NCBI RefSeq assembly: GCF_006345805.1
Contig: NC_043000.1
Coordinates: 102,548,001-102,612,000 of the forward strand
Reading direction: 5' to 3'
Length of the DNA stretch: 64,000 nt
Origin: Octopus sinensis
Taxonomy: Eukaryota
This document shows, piece after piece, positions 1 to 12,633 of the stretch. The position numbers and the translations under genes are program-made. The notes beneath the pieces are model-generated. The model ran no database searches, was not told the origin of the DNA, and saw only the letters and a list, made by a program, of their open reading frames with translations. Every line of letters starts with the position of its first letter. Position 1 is the first letter of the stretch.

Positions 1-326
1 GAGAAAATTCTATAGTTTGTAAAATATTTGTTGGTTTTTTTCTTCAATTTCTGCAATTTCAACCAATCAATGACGTCTATTGAGGTGAAAGCATTCTGTG
101 CCGTATTAATATGTCCCTCGTTTAAGAAACAGATTGGGTTTATTTACATTTGTGAAGAAAAAAAGATACCCTCCCCTCCACCCCTAAACCTAACCCTAAC
201 CCTAACTAACACTAAGTCTAAAACAGATTGAAATGCAATAGATCGATACTAGGGTCATAATTATGGGTGACAATTTCATATGACACCGCTAGAAAAAACT
301 GCCGTTCAAACCGAAAAGACCCGAAA

Positions 327-755
327 GAAATTCACTTAACACAACGAATCAATATTTGCAATAGGCATCTCATACACAATGAAATCGACCTTTTTTTTTT
401 TAAACGAATCATCACTGGTGATGAAAAATGGATTGTCTACAATAACATCAATTGAAAACAATCATGGTCCAAGCCTAAAGAACCAGCACAAACCACATCG
501 AAAGCTGAATTGCACCAAAAAAAAAAAAGGCCATGCTGTTAATCTGGTGAGATTACAAAGGTGTTGTGTATTTTCAGATTCTTCCAAGGAACCAAACGAT
601 CAATTCAGATGTTTACTATCAACGACTAATGAAACTGGAGGAAGCAATCATAGAAGAACGGCTAGAATTGGCAAATCGTAAAGGAATCGTGTTCCACCAT
701 GACAACGCTAGACCACACACATCTTTGCTAACTCGTGAAAAATTATTTAGGTATT
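327..755 (+). pseudogene. Mariner (DD34D-type) transposase relic, frameshifted
   Basis: Three overlapping frames give EIHLTQRINIC..RIITGDEKWIVYNN, then ...ILPRNQTINSDVYYQRLMKLEEAIIEERLELANRKGIVFHHDNARPHTS; the TGDEKW and HDNARPH motifs are mariner catalytic motifs. No TIRs seen. Confidence 0.9.
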
Positions 756-1147
756 TATTCAGTATTCAGTATAAGTGAGACCTATGGAAATGCCACGTTT
801 TATAAATATTCTTGTTTCTGTTTTGGTGCATAAATTTATAGATGTTCATAATATTGCTTCACTGTGTGAACGATTGCGATTATAGCGTCGATGTCGATCC
901 ATAGTCAAGCTTGTTTAAAGCATACTCCTCAGAATTGTTTCATAATACAAAAAATTTCGATTATGCCTTCGATATCGTTCCATAGTTTAGACTTACAAAC
1001 TTGACGTAGGAAGTCGTCGTTACAAAACAGAATAAATACGATAGATATTACGATACAAACATAGTTACCGATGCACAATGTTTCTGAGTCATCTGTTATT
1101 TATTATCTCAGCGGTGGTGTTATGTTGTTTTAGATTTATTAAACAAT

Positions 1148-1248
<101 letters not shown>

Positions 1249-3099
1249 AAACTGTTGACATTTACCCAGTCTGGCGCCTTGTTAAATGTTTTAAAACATT
1301 CCTTTTCAAACGCACTGTAACAACGAGTTCTGGATTCAACTCTCGATTGTTCGTCCCAGGCTGTGAACGGAGCCTCGGGGTGGTCATTCGAATTGCCAGA
1401 AATAACAGCCAACTCTTCTTCCAATTACACCCAGTTATATAAACGCATATTATTAATGGTTTTAATTATTAATAATTATTAACGCTTCAAATATGAAAGG
1501 AAAACGAGAAAATAAAAAAGTTAGGACATTCTCCTCTAAGGATTCTTTACATTTGAATGGCAGTAAATTATAATATCTTGCTGTGATTGTATCCTTTTTT
1601 TAATTTTCTTTTAGCTTTTCCGTTCGTTTTGCCTATAATTTGTTATGCATATTAATAATTTACGTGTTACGAGATTAAAAAAAAACACATTTGTTAATTT
1701 ATTCCGAGATGCTTTAAGAGTAAAAGGAAAAAATGATGTTTTCCGTGGGTTGAATGTTTTCAATATGTCTGCTTGATTGCCTCTGGCGACGATGACGACA
1801 ACAGCAACATTGACTCCACCCGACCGTTCGAATTGGATCAAGGAGGCATCTTTCTATGAGGTAACTCGGCCTTACAGAAACAGCAGCTAAATCTCTCATA
1901 TATCACAGCAATCTGTTTTCGTAATGAAACAGATTTTATTCGATAAATTGGTGAAAAATTTGTTTTAGAAATAACCTTGAATTAAACAGTCTTCCCACAA
2001 ACCCAACAAAGTTGCAGTCGTGTATCAATCGTTAAGTCCTAATTCCATAAACTAGGGATCCTTGAATTAGTTCTATAGCGAAGATCTTTCAGCTCGGGGT
2101 TACCACTTATAACGGAGTGGTGGGTGAGGATACTGTTGGAATGAGATATCCGACTTGAAATGGAATGAACTGGTAGGCAACGTTTTATTCTCCGTTATAG
2201 AATACAATGATTGCCATACAGGAATTAACGTAACATAACCAGCGATGCCACTGAAGGGTTTTTCCACCCAGATCTGGGTTTTTTTGAGCAATGATCGGTT
2301 TATGGGTTTCAATTTCCAAATTTACATTAAATCTGGGTTTTTAAGTTAGCTTTGGCAGCAAACTTATCTTTTAAAGAGAATTCGGTGTCATACTCTTTGT
2401 ATACAATATGTACCAAAGTTGCACCTCTTCTAATACTTGGTAAACTTTCTATATATCATCCATAATCATCACACGTGATTGAATTTATTGATACAAATTT
2501 ATTGATACAATTATTGTATGTGACGTAATTACCGATCGCGTTAATTATTTGTTTATACATGTATCATAGCATTTATGACACGTAGTGTATTCAGTCTGTC
2601 ACTTGTGAATGTATGCGCAACGGGAGTATAAATCCGTGTTTACTTTGGTAAGTACGTGTTCGTGCTTAAATGTTGTTTGTACACGATAGCGCCATCACGA
2701 TAGGACCTTAGTGCTTCACTACTTTAGTACCTGATTCCTATGAATACTGGAAATTTTATTTTATATATATCGAGACAGACACAGACAGAGAGCCAACTGT
2801 GTATCATTCTTAAAGTAAATACACCACAAAACAGCACATTTACTGCGATATTCGTCTGGAGATAATATCTCTTATAGCCGTGCTGTGTTTGAAAACACAA
2901 TATATCTCATTAGCAGTCGGAATCTGAAGACACGAGCAAAGATGTTTCTGTTTCAATAGGCATCGGGACCACAACAAGTGCTCTACCAGTGGAGAAGATA
3001 TGTGCAAAAAAATAAGGACTGGAACACATTTAAGATCTACTTAATTTCGATAATGAAATGAAATTGAGCTAAGAGAAATAACTCTTAATATTTGTCCCC

Positions 3100-3513
3100 T
3101 GTTCTGTTAGAACAAACCTTACTACTGTAGATACCATAAGAGAAACTGTCATATTGGCTTTTGGTGCAAAATGCACGCTTGTTTATATTGCAGCGCGGAG
3201 ATCACTAGTTCACGTGATTTCGACCTTCCTTGGTTTCGTCAATGATGCACGCTCGACCGCTAGAGATAGCAACGATTCATCTCCCTGCTAGTGATTTATA
3301 GAAAATCAGTGCCAGAACAGGCGCTGGTCGAGCGTCTGTCATTGACAAGGCCAAGGATGGTCGAAGTCACGTGATCTGATGGTCTCAGCGTCAGAGCTGG
3401 CGGAGATTTATCTTCCCGCATGCGATATAAGCAGTCTGGCATGTTGCACCATAATCCAATATGACAGTTTCTCTTATGATATCTACCGCAGTATAGCTTG
3501 TTCTAGCAGAACA
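3100..3513. mobile_element. Foldback MITE (long imperfect palindrome, arms about 160-190 bp)
   Basis: Left arm tgttctgttagaacaaacc...cataagagaaactgtcatattgg...cacgtgatttcgacc...cgctcgacc is the reverse complement of the right arm ggtcgagcg...ggtcgaagtcacgtga...ccaatatgacagtttctcttatg...ttgttctagcagaaca. Confidence 0.8.
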
Positions 3514-3561
3514 TTCAAGTGGGAATAGATATTACCTCTCCATGTAGTGTGACAAAGGTAA

Positions 3562-3621
3562 AATTATATTTTAGCGACAGAGGTAGTATTAATATATTAC
3601 CTCTGTCGCTAAAATATAATT
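3562..3621. repeat. Perfect 24-bp inverted repeat (60-nt hairpin)
   Basis: aattatattttagcgacagaggta / tacctctgtcgctaaaatataatt. Confidence 0.95.
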
Positions 3622-3889
3622 CAGAGTGACAAGTGGCATATATCTGAATGACGAAGACGAAAAGGGATACATTAATTAGCATATAAGATAAATTTTTGAT
3701 TTATTGAAATTAACTTCGCCTTTATGCGAGAGAGAGTAGTCACTTGGTGGCAAATTTTTATCAGGTCCAAATCAGTTGGGAAGATAATTTCAAGAGGTAA
3801 CTGCTCTCAAACGACGTCTACTGCGGCAGAAACATGTTCACGATTGTCCACTTGTCTCTTCCTTAACAGTATTTCAAATTTAGAGAATT

Positions 3890-4160
3890 GTGATTGTAAT
3901 GGAGTGATAGTGATCATTGTGGCGGTGCATGAAACTCGTGGTGGTAATAGTAACGGTGATGATGATGCTAATGATCATGATGGGGTTGATGGTGGTGAGG
4001 GAGATGGTGATAATGGTGGCGGCCGTGGGGACGGTGGCAGCAGCGGTGGTGATGGTAGTGGTAGTAGTGGTGGCGATGCTAATGGTGTATTGGTGGTGGT
4101 AACGATGATGATGATGACCGTTGTTATGCCTGTGATGGAGTGGTGGCGTTGGTGGTTGTT
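3890..4160. repeat. GGT/GAT low-complexity tract
   Basis: Degenerate trinucleotide repeats; the source of the spurious G/D-rich ORFs. Confidence 0.9.
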
Positions 4161-4380
4161 AACCTCAGGTCAACTCTGATCGAGTAAACTGTAGGATCAA
4201 AAGCATTCTAGCCGTGGCCATTCCGTCTCTTTTTGGTGGGGGGAGACAGAGGTGGAGATGAGTCGGATAAACAGGACTACATTATCTAATATGTCCTTTC
4301 GTTTTAAGACGTTTTACACATGAATCGAGAATGTCTGTGCTGCTATTTCCATCAGATCAAACTGAAGGACATGGGCTCTT
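4160..4380 (+). mobile_element. Old interspersed repeat (SINE 3' part, 'gctatttctagcaggtcga' family)
   Basis: Related diverged copies near 1370-1420(-), 1860-1900(-), 5570, 29890-30050, 37225, 50000, 50290 and 59320. Confidence 0.6.
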
Positions 4381-5084
4381 TTATTTCACAAGGATCGATA
4401 ATTTAAATACTCGACATGTAAAGAGATTGATTTAATCGACAAAATTTTTGAAGTATTATGCTAATGAGATAATTTAATAATTTATTTGAGCTAAGACAGT
4501 AAAAATGATCTGACAGTTCGATGTTCGAATGGCCCAATAGTATTGGCTTTTGCCTTTTTAATTCATGTGAAATCGATAAAATAAGAATCGTTAATATATT
4601 GGCAGAATTGTATGTCGGATTTGTTCCGGTCCTTCACCTTCAGAATTTTTTAATCCCATGGAGATCAACTTTGCTTTTCATCCAACTGGAATCGATTAAA
4701 CAAAGTACCATCCATGTACTGGGATCAATATCGACTGATGCCGGTGTCTCTATAAAATGCAGAATTCTATAGTTGAGACGTTCAAAGTAATCTTTTTTTT
4801 AATTTTTAGTTGCATGCATTTGAAGATATCCATTCTACTGTGGAATGAAAATATTCCTTAGCTGTTCATTCTACATGAAGATTCGACCATCACGTAGATG
4901 AAGTCTACATGTAGTGTGACAAAGGTAAATCAGCCTGGCAAAGCCTAACAATTATGTTATGGCTATTGTTCAAGGGCTGAAAATCACAAATTCGATGAGT
5001 AAATGAAATGAAATTGTAGCTCAATTACGTAACGAAGTAACCATGCTAATCAGATTTTTTAATTGCTGCTTCAGCTGCTGTTGC

Positions 5085-5446
5085 TGTTTGTTTGTTTGTT
5101 GAGCGAAGCGATCTTCATCCCAGTGGAAGAAGTCCGAAATGTGGTCCTTTGCTATTCGTAAGACCCGCAGAAGAGAAAGCAGATCAACCCCCGACACCGA
5201 GAGCATCGACGGATGGATGAATGCGCATCCAGGCTCAGCGGTTGCGTAGGAAGTCGGGGACAAGAAACAAGAAGAAAGAGTGAGAGAAAGTTGGAGCGAA
5301 AGAGTACAACAGGGGTCGCCACCCCACCCCCTGCCGGAGCCTCGTGGAGCTTTAGGTGTTTTCGCTCAATAAACACTCACAACGCCTGGTCTGGGAATCG
5401 AAACTGCGAGTCCGATGCCCTAACCACTGGGCCATTGCGCCTCCAC
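5085..5446 (-). mobile_element. tRNA-derived SINE (family C)
   Basis: Minus strand starts gtggaggcgcaatggcccagtggttagggc...gtttcgattccc (A-box and B-box like) and ends in an (AAAC)n tail. Confidence 0.8.
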
Positions 5447-5639
5447 TGCTGTTGCTGTTTGACCCCAGGGCACTTGTGATCGAGTAGGTCCATAAAAAAA
5501 CGTTCTATAATGGATAATTTTATCTTTCTCTGTGTCTGAGGCTACACTATTCAATTTTTAGCAAGTGTCTGATTTGCTATTTCTAGCAGGTCGAGCGACT
5601 GCTTAGGGGCTCCTCATTACCTTGTCAATCAATAAAGTT

Positions 5640-5930
5640 GTGCGCTGCCAGAATGTTGTATAAGGTTGCCATCCTGAAGAGGAGGGAATTACCAAATTGT
5701 TCATCTAATACAATGTTTAATAGAAGACTGAATAGTAGGAGTTAAGGAGGCTGGTTCCTTGCGTGACCTCTGGTAGGGGAGTATGAGCAGTTCCAGAGTT
5801 TAGTGAAGTAGAAACCACCACCATTTTCCTGACATATCACAAAGGTGCTTTCACAATGTTTTTCTCCGAAACTTAGTTTCTTAACATCTAGACGAACTAG
5901 GTCAGCCATTGACTCTATGTACAACTGTAG
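5640..5930 (-). pseudogene. Possible highly decayed LINE RT relic
   Basis: Minus-strand frames give LDVKKLSF, (G)VTQGTSL.. and LLFSLLLNIVLDE, resembling the DxxKAFD and GVxQGxxLSPLLF motifs in the correct order; several frameshifts must be assumed. Confidence 0.3.
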
Positions 5931-6685
5931 CCAGAGTACGAACCACCGACCACAAGTTGAATATCAGCAACCTTATTCTCTAATCCATCTGAGTTAAAAG
6001 TTAATCCGTCGAGCGTCTTCTTATTTCTTGTGTACCAAATTTAACACAAACGGTTGTGCTCAACAGGAGACTGGTAGAATACATTTACCTAAGGCGTTTC
6101 ACACTGTGAAGCAAATTTGTGAACCACACAACCGTGCCTGTATCCATACATATAAAAGGGACAAATAATTCGTTAAATTGCAGAGCAAAGATCAATATTT
6201 TTGTGGATTTGGCTTGGAAAGAGGTTTGGGTACAGTCAGATTCCCTTGTCTTAGACACACTATGGGAAGAAAGATGACATAGGGGGTGACTAAACAGTAG
6301 CAATTATAGACATCCCACCGCGTTACGTCCAATTCAGTTTACAGAATTTCACGCTAACAGAAGCTGTAAAGTATGATCACTAATTTTGGGATACGGTCTG
6401 AAATTTCTGATAAATTTTAACAATATAAAAACTACACTTTCATAGATAAAAGGCAACTTCACGTCGTTTTAGCTTAGATCAAAGTATATTTAACAATGTT
6501 AAAAATTATAATCACGAAACATATGTGTATACATGTGCGTGTGTGTGTGTGTGTGTGGGTGTGTGTGTGTGTGTGTGTGTGTGCGTGCGTCTATGCAAGT
6601 GTTTGTGTATGTGTGAGATGACTTTTTCACCTTGAATAGTTATATGTTCGTGTATATTTTGTTCGACCGTAATAAGTATCTATAC

Positions 6686-6745
<60 letters not shown>

Positions 6746-6747
6746 GC

Positions 6748-6810
<63 letters not shown>

Positions 6811-6816
6811 ACTATC

Positions 6817-6847
<31 letters not shown>

Positions 6848-6930
6848 CTATTTATTTATCTATATATATATCTATTTATCTATCTATCTATCTATCTATC
6901 TGTCTGTCTATCTATTCATCTATCTATCTC
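6686..6930. repeat. (TCTA)n/(TCTG)n compound microsatellite
   Basis: Direct reading of the sequence. Confidence 0.95.
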
Positions 6931-7363
6931 AACCAGCACCACCACCATCACTATCATCATCACCAACACAACCAGTATCTGAAGCAAAACTAATACAACC
7001 ACTGCCAATACCAACCCCACCAACTCCTTAATGTCCACCACCGCCACCACCACCAACAACAACAGCAAGAATACTATGAATCAGATAAGCAACTACTATA
7101 CATCTAAAATAAAGACAATCTCGTAAGATAATGTGATACCCTTGTGTATTTCAAAAGTTGTATGAAATATCTTTGATCTTAGGTCAATGAAGATTGACTT
7201 GAAACTAAACAGCAAATACAATACAATTATCAAGAGCAATATCACTTCCGCCACTACCAATAATATCTCTCACTATCACCATCCCCAGCACCAAAACCAA
7301 TACAGCCAATACCATCACCTACCAACCAACTAACCAACCCAATAACTTTTGAATAACTGACAA

Positions 7364-7430
7364 TACAAGGGTGGGTGAAGAAGTGATGCAAATAAAAATT
7401 GCGTTACTTTCTGACTCAACCCCCGTTGTA
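7364..7430. mobile_element. Tiny palindromic Tc1/mariner-type MITE (67 bp, TA ends)
   Basis: tacaagggtgggtgaagaagtgatgcaa vs reverse complement of the right end tacaacgggggttgagtcagaaagtaacgcaa; a fused TIR pair bounded by TA. Confidence 0.55.
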
Positions 7431-7474
7431 TCAGCAGCAATGTAGCAATGTTTGTGGCCGACATACATTGTACA

Positions 7475-8274
7475 TCCTTTTCTACTCTAGGCACAAGGTC
7501 CGAAATTTTTGGGGAGGGGGCCAGACGATTAGATCGACTCCAGTACGCAACTGGTACTTAATTTATCGAACCCGAAAGGATGAAAGGCAAAGTCGACCTC
7601 GGCGGAATTTGAACTCAGAACGTAAAGACAGACGAAATACCTATTTCTTTATTACTCACAAGGGGCTGAACATAGAAGGGACAAACAAAGACAGACACAC
7701 GGATTAAGTCGATTACATCGACCCCAGTGCGTAACTGGTACTTAATTTATCGAACCCGAAAGGATGAAAGGCAAAGACGACCTCGGCGGAATTTGAACTC
7801 AGAACCTAAAGACAGACGAAATACCGCTAAGCATTTCGCCCGGCGTGCTAATGTTTCTTATTTCTTTATTGTCCACAAGGGGCTACACACAGAGGAGACA
7901 AACAAGGACAGGCAAAAGGATTAAGTCGATTATATCGACCCTAGTGCGTAACTGGTACTTATTTAATCGACCCCGAAAGGATGAAAGGCAAAGTCGAACT
8001 CGGCGGAATTTGAATCCAGAACGTAAAGACAGACAAAATACCTATTTCTTTACTACCCACAAGGGGCTAAACACAAAGAGGACAAACAAGGGCAGACAAA
8101 CAGATTAAGTCGATTATATTGATCCCAGTGTTCAACTGGTACTTATTTTACCGCACCCGAAAGGATGAAAGGCGAAGAGGACCTCGGTGGAATTTGAACT
8201 CAGAACGTAGCGGCAGATGAGATACCGGTAAGCATTTCGCCGGGCGTGCTAACGATTCTGCCAGCTCGCCGCCT
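7475..8274 (-). mobile_element. SINE family B tandem multimer (4 units, one complete head)
   Basis: Four copies of the core aaaggatgaaaggcaaagtcgacctcggcggaatttgaactcagaacg; the complete tRNA-like head (ggcggcgagctggcagaatcgttagc) occurs only at 8220-8274. The core resembles the MetaSINE domain (recalled, unverified). Confidence 0.9.
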
Positions 8275-8294
8275 AATGTATATCAACACAACAA

Positions 8295-8341
<47 letters not shown>

Positions 8342-8707
8342 CGTGCGATGTATGTGTGTGTGTGTGCGTGTGTGTGTATGTGTGTGTGTGTGACAGAGGA
8401 AGAGAAAATAGAGTGTGGAGTTTTTATGGATCATAGCTGAGGTGCAAGGAACAAATTGCTCATGTTGGTGATGAAACCGAGGTTGCTGCTCGTAATTAAC
8501 TTGAGCAGCTGAAGAAAATGTTTGTGGTAGAGAGCTACACACGAGAGTGTCAACAATGTTGGTGAAACTATACTTATTGAAGAGCATGCCTGCTAGAGCT
8601 TTTAGTTCTCGTGAAGAAAAATTAACAGCGGGGTTTAAATCATTTGCCACTTTCTCTGGAAGGAAATTAAGCTGGAGATAGGAAATTAAAGCCCCTGCTC
8701 GTTTATC

Positions 8708-8942
8708 TATTTCTTTACAACCCACAAGGAGCTAAACATAGAGGGGACAAACAAGGACAGACAAACGGATTAAGTCGATTATATAAACCCCAGTGCGTAA
8801 CTGGTACTTAATTTATCAACCCCGAAAGGATGAAAGGCAAAGTCGACCTTGGCGGAATTTGAACTCAGAACGTAACGGTAGACGAAATACGGCTGCGCAT
8901 TTCGCCCGGCGTGCTAACGTTTCTGCCAGCTCGCCGCCTTCT
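8708..8942 (-). mobile_element. Full-length SINE family B with 14-bp TSD
   Basis: cctgctcgtttatc at 8694-8707 and 8943-8956 flanks a complete head-to-tail copy. Confidence 0.92.
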
Positions 8943-9289
8943 CCTGCTCGTTTATCACTACGAAAATCTATGGGCTTTCAGCAGTTACACAAAGTTTAAT
9001 ATACTTCTGATTGTGTTCGATTAAGAAGGCGCAGAAGGTAAAGAGTGGTTTGCTGACATTTTTTTTTTGGGTTCTGCTGTAGAAAGGCGCAATGCCAGAC
9101 ATAATATTGGTTTCAAATTTTGGCACAGGACCAGCAGTTTTTGAGAGGAGTGGGAAATCGATTACATTGACCTCAGTACTTGACTGGTATTTATTTTATC
9201 ATCCAGCAAAGGATGAAAGGTAAAGTTAACCTCGGCGGAATTTGAACTCAAAACATAAAAACGAGCAAAATGCCGCTCGTTCTTTCCTT

Positions 9290-10160
9290 CTGCCATCTCG
9301 CTGCTTTTAAGTGCTAAACGGATTGCCAACAAAGCACTGCTCCTTTTAGACAATATACCGAATTATCCAGGTTTCTGGTAGTGAGAGAGTAGAATATATT
9401 CCTAATAAAATAACTTCTTTGCTCCAGCCAGTGGATCAAGGTGGGATGGCTACCTTTAAGGCATATTATCTGAGAACGTTCAAACAACTTATGAAAGTAA
9501 TTCAAATGGAGAGCAAAACTATACTTAAGTGACTTGGTTAGAGCGTCGTGCTAATAATGCGAATATCGTGGTTTCGAGCCCCATACTGGCCATATATCTT
9601 TTTAAACGGCGGTGCATGAGTATGGCCGCAGCTCTGAGCTGAAACTAGAGAGTGAAAATAATGGATGCTGTCGTTAACAAAGTTGAGTCAATGATGCTTG
9701 GGAAAAGACTGTATCAGTGACTTTACAAGTTTTCCATAAACAGAAAGTCTACATCAAATTCGGAAAGATGGTGTAATATTTGCAATGATATGGGGTTTTA
9801 AGGCGGTGATTTGGTAGAATCATAAACGCGCAGTGCAAAATACTTAGCCGCATTTCGTCCGTTCTTGCCTTCTGAGTTCAAATTCCGCTGAAGTCAACTT
9901 TGTCTGTTATCTTATCAACTAGCCCTCTCTCCCGAATTTCAGGCCTTGTGCTTATTGTAGAATGAATGAGATAATGTTTAAAGAAGTAACAGAGGATGCT
10001 GCTGCTTAGTTCCTAGTGTTCCATTTAGAAAATATACCTAAGGAGGACCAAATGCTATTAGAACAAAAGCAAGTTGCGAATAAGGATGACTCTGCCTAAA
10101 ATGACAACAAAGAATTTTGCTAAAGGTTTGGCGCTGATAGACGAAAGTTAATAAGTCGTT
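9290..10160 (+). pseudogene. Tigger/pogo DDE transposase relic interrupted by insertions
   Basis: NKALLLLDNIPNYP, then VEYIPNKITSLLQPVDQGGMATFKAYYLRTF (the pogo LLLLDN..HP and PPNTTSLLQPMDQGVIATFKAYY motifs), later NDAWE and KMTTKNFAKGLALIDES. Confidence 0.85.
9528..9592 (+). pseudogene. 5'-truncated tRNA-Ile(AAT) pseudogene
   Basis: ttggttagagcgtcgtgctAATaatgcgaatatcgtggtttcgagccccatactggcca matches the eukaryotic tRNA-Ile(AAT) D-loop, anticodon arm, T-arm and 3' acceptor strand; the 5' acceptor strand is absent. Confidence 0.75.
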
Positions 10161-10751
10161 GATGGTAATAACCGTAATCGTGAATGTAACATAAAAATTG
10201 CATGAGTTAATGTGTCATAAACATCAAACAATTTTTGAAAAATTTTTGCCTTTCAAAGAGATACTGATGTTGCTGCTGTTGCTGCTGCTGTTGCTGATGA
10301 TGAACTATAAGACAGAAGATAGTGTCCTGCATCCTGCCAGTAGCACTCACTTCACTACCATCCGTGACACATTAATCAACATCTTATGTGAAAAGAACAT
10401 ACCGTATATCGATATAGCAGTTCTTATTTATTCCCTTACGTTTTTCTCTTCAAATATTCTTATGCATACATATTGTACTGTGTTTTAGTTAGAAATTGTT
10501 ATTTTCATGCATAAATGTGGTTGTAACTGCATTTCTATTCGTTGTCTTTATTTTTCCAAAAATCTTCGTCTGAACGCAACTCACTTTATAACATAAAACA
10601 ATGGATAAAGTTAAATTCTTATCACCGAATTTCAAGTTTATGAAAAGACTTCAAAGAGCATTGTAGCTCTATTACGCGGACGACCACTGCGCTATGTGTG
10701 AGCCTAATAATATCCTAACTCTGAGTCTTAATCAAATCACAAATATCATAA

Positions 10752-11140
10752 AACTAGCAGTATCGCCCGGCATTGCTTGGGTTTGTTTCGACCCTTTAGA
10801 ATTGGAATTTTTGAAAAGTAAAAGTTTTGCATTATGTAGCTTGTTATTCTCTTTAAGTGAACATTTTTCTGGTTGAAATATACCGAAAAATGGCGACACA
10901 GCAGTCAAAAATCGTAAAAAATAGAGATTTTCATAGAAAAAAAAGCACCATTTTGATGTAAATAATTTTTGGTGTTAACATGGTCCGATTTGAATTTTTT
11001 TCTTCTACGGAAGGAAGAGCAAGCCTTCAGCTATCATACTATCAATTTTGGTCAACTTGCGCCGCAGGAGGAGATAGTGTTAGTTGAAGGCTACCAAATC
11101 TACCATACACAGACAACTTCAGCTTTATATAGGTATAGAG
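10752..11140 (+). mobile_element. Non-autonomous Helentron-like element (HINE/DINE type)
   Basis: Starts aactagcagtatcgcccggcattgcttggg and ends cacagacaacttcagctttatatag; this terminal style is typical of HINEs. No coding capacity. Confidence 0.5.
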
Positions 11141-11483
11141 ATAAGTGAAAAGTCACTTCAAGGGAAATAACTCTATGCTTTATTGCAAGAGTTATCTAAC
11201 GTGTATCAATAATCATTATTCGAGAGCAGATAAATGATTTTAAACTAAATACCTTAGTCAGTGACTTATTAAATTAATTAGCCATTGACTAATACTTTTA
11301 TTCATTTCAACATTATTTTAAGCTGGCTTTTTTAATACTACTTGCAATAAATATATCGACCATTACTTAATTGAAAGTTTTTTAACACAAGTGGTGTATT
11401 TGAGTTATTCATTTCTTTAATCATATTTCCCTACTTCAACCTGTCAACAATATTCGACATTTAATTAGGCATTATTTCATATC

Positions 11484-11797
11484 ATTATTTTCTCTCTCAA
11501 AGACTTCTCCATCGGCACAGAGACTTGGGAGACACTTGCTGCCGACCGCTCATCCTGGCGCAGCGCAATCACTACAGGAGCAGGGACAGCCGAGGTGGGA
11601 CGGATTCGGTCAGCAGAGCAGAAACGCCAGATGCGGAAAGCCAGAGCCGCCTGCACCAGTAGCACGGCCCCTACCCACTTCTGCCCACCTGTGGGAGGGG
11701 CTTCCTTGCCCGGATTGGCCTCACCAGCCACCTCCGGTCTCATAGCGGCAGTTCCACCAGATGATGTCAGTGGTCATCTTCGAACCCGAAGGACGAA
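11484..11797 (+). mobile_element. 5'-truncated RTE-clade LINE 3' end with 14-bp TSD
   Basis: KDFSIGTETWETLAADRSSWRSAITTG...QKRQMRKAR...FCPTCGRGFLARIGLTSHLRSH (one frameshift; C2H2 finger); 3' UTR gtcatcttcgaacccgaaggacgaa; TSD cattatttcatatc at 11470-11483 and 11798-11811. Confidence 0.92.
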
Positions 11798-11824
11798 CAT
11801 TATTTCATATCTAGTTAAGCAAGT

Positions 11825-12143
11825 GTGAAGGCGCATGGCTCAGTGGTTAGAGCGTAGAGCTTACGATAATGAGGTTGGGAGTTCGATTCCCGGACTGGGC
11901 TGCGTGTTGTGTTCTTGAGCAAGACACTTTATTTCAGTTACTCCAGTTAACTCAGCTGTAGAAATGAGTTGCGACATCACTGGTGCCAAGCTGTATCGGC
12001 CTTTGCCTTTCCCTTGGATAACATCGGTGGCGTGGAGAGGGTATGCATGGGCGACTGCTCGCCTTCCACAAACAATCTTGTCCTGACTTGTGCCTGGGAG
12101 GGTAACTTTCTAGGTGCAATCCCTCAGCCATTCATGACCGAAG
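11825..12143 (+). mobile_element. tRNA-derived SINE (family D)
   Basis: Head gtgaaggcgcatggctcagtggttagagcg...gagttcgattcccgg (A and B boxes). Confidence 0.8.
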
Positions 12144-12216
12144 CGATATATATCATATATCATATATTAGCGCTTTCGCCCATTCTGGTGGGGTTTTCAA
12201 ATTGAACTAAGTTCCT

Positions 12217-12599
12217 GAGGAAAAATTTGACCATTTTATAGTGTTATTGAGTGTGTAGTGGTGGGGAGGAATATAAGATAGTACAAGAGGATGATGAATG
12301 GGGAGAAAGTGGGAGAGAGCATTTGTGTGTGTGTGTGTGTGTGTGTGCGTGCGCGCGCGTGTGTTTGTTTGTATCTGAAAAAAGGGTTAAAGAAAAAGAA
12401 GGAAAGGAAGAAAAGGGAGAGAAAGAAGAAAAAATTGTTTTGCTGGTTTCTTTTGTAGTTCGTCAGGATGTTTACGCTAGGGGGGGTGTAAGATCATGGA
12501 GGAAAATTTGACCATTTTATAGTGTTATTGAGTGTGCAATGGTGGGGAGGGATGTAAGATAGTACAAGAGGATGAATGGGGAGAAAGTGGGAGAGAGCA

Positions 12600-12633
<34 letters not shown>

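Noticed and set aside
3724-4179. 151-aa G/D-rich ORF
   Set aside because: A GGT/GAT low-complexity tract plus an old repeat; no domain.
6080-6115. + strand IHLPKAFHTVKQ resembling the RT motif DLSKAFDTV
   Set aside because: Isolated, on the opposite strand from the nearby RT-like motifs, and followed by a stop.
7475-8274. Regularly spaced repeats resembling a CRISPR array (also 17140-17897 and 25046-25627)
   Set aside because: Eukaryotic SINE units of about 185 bp with no unique spacers and no cas genes.
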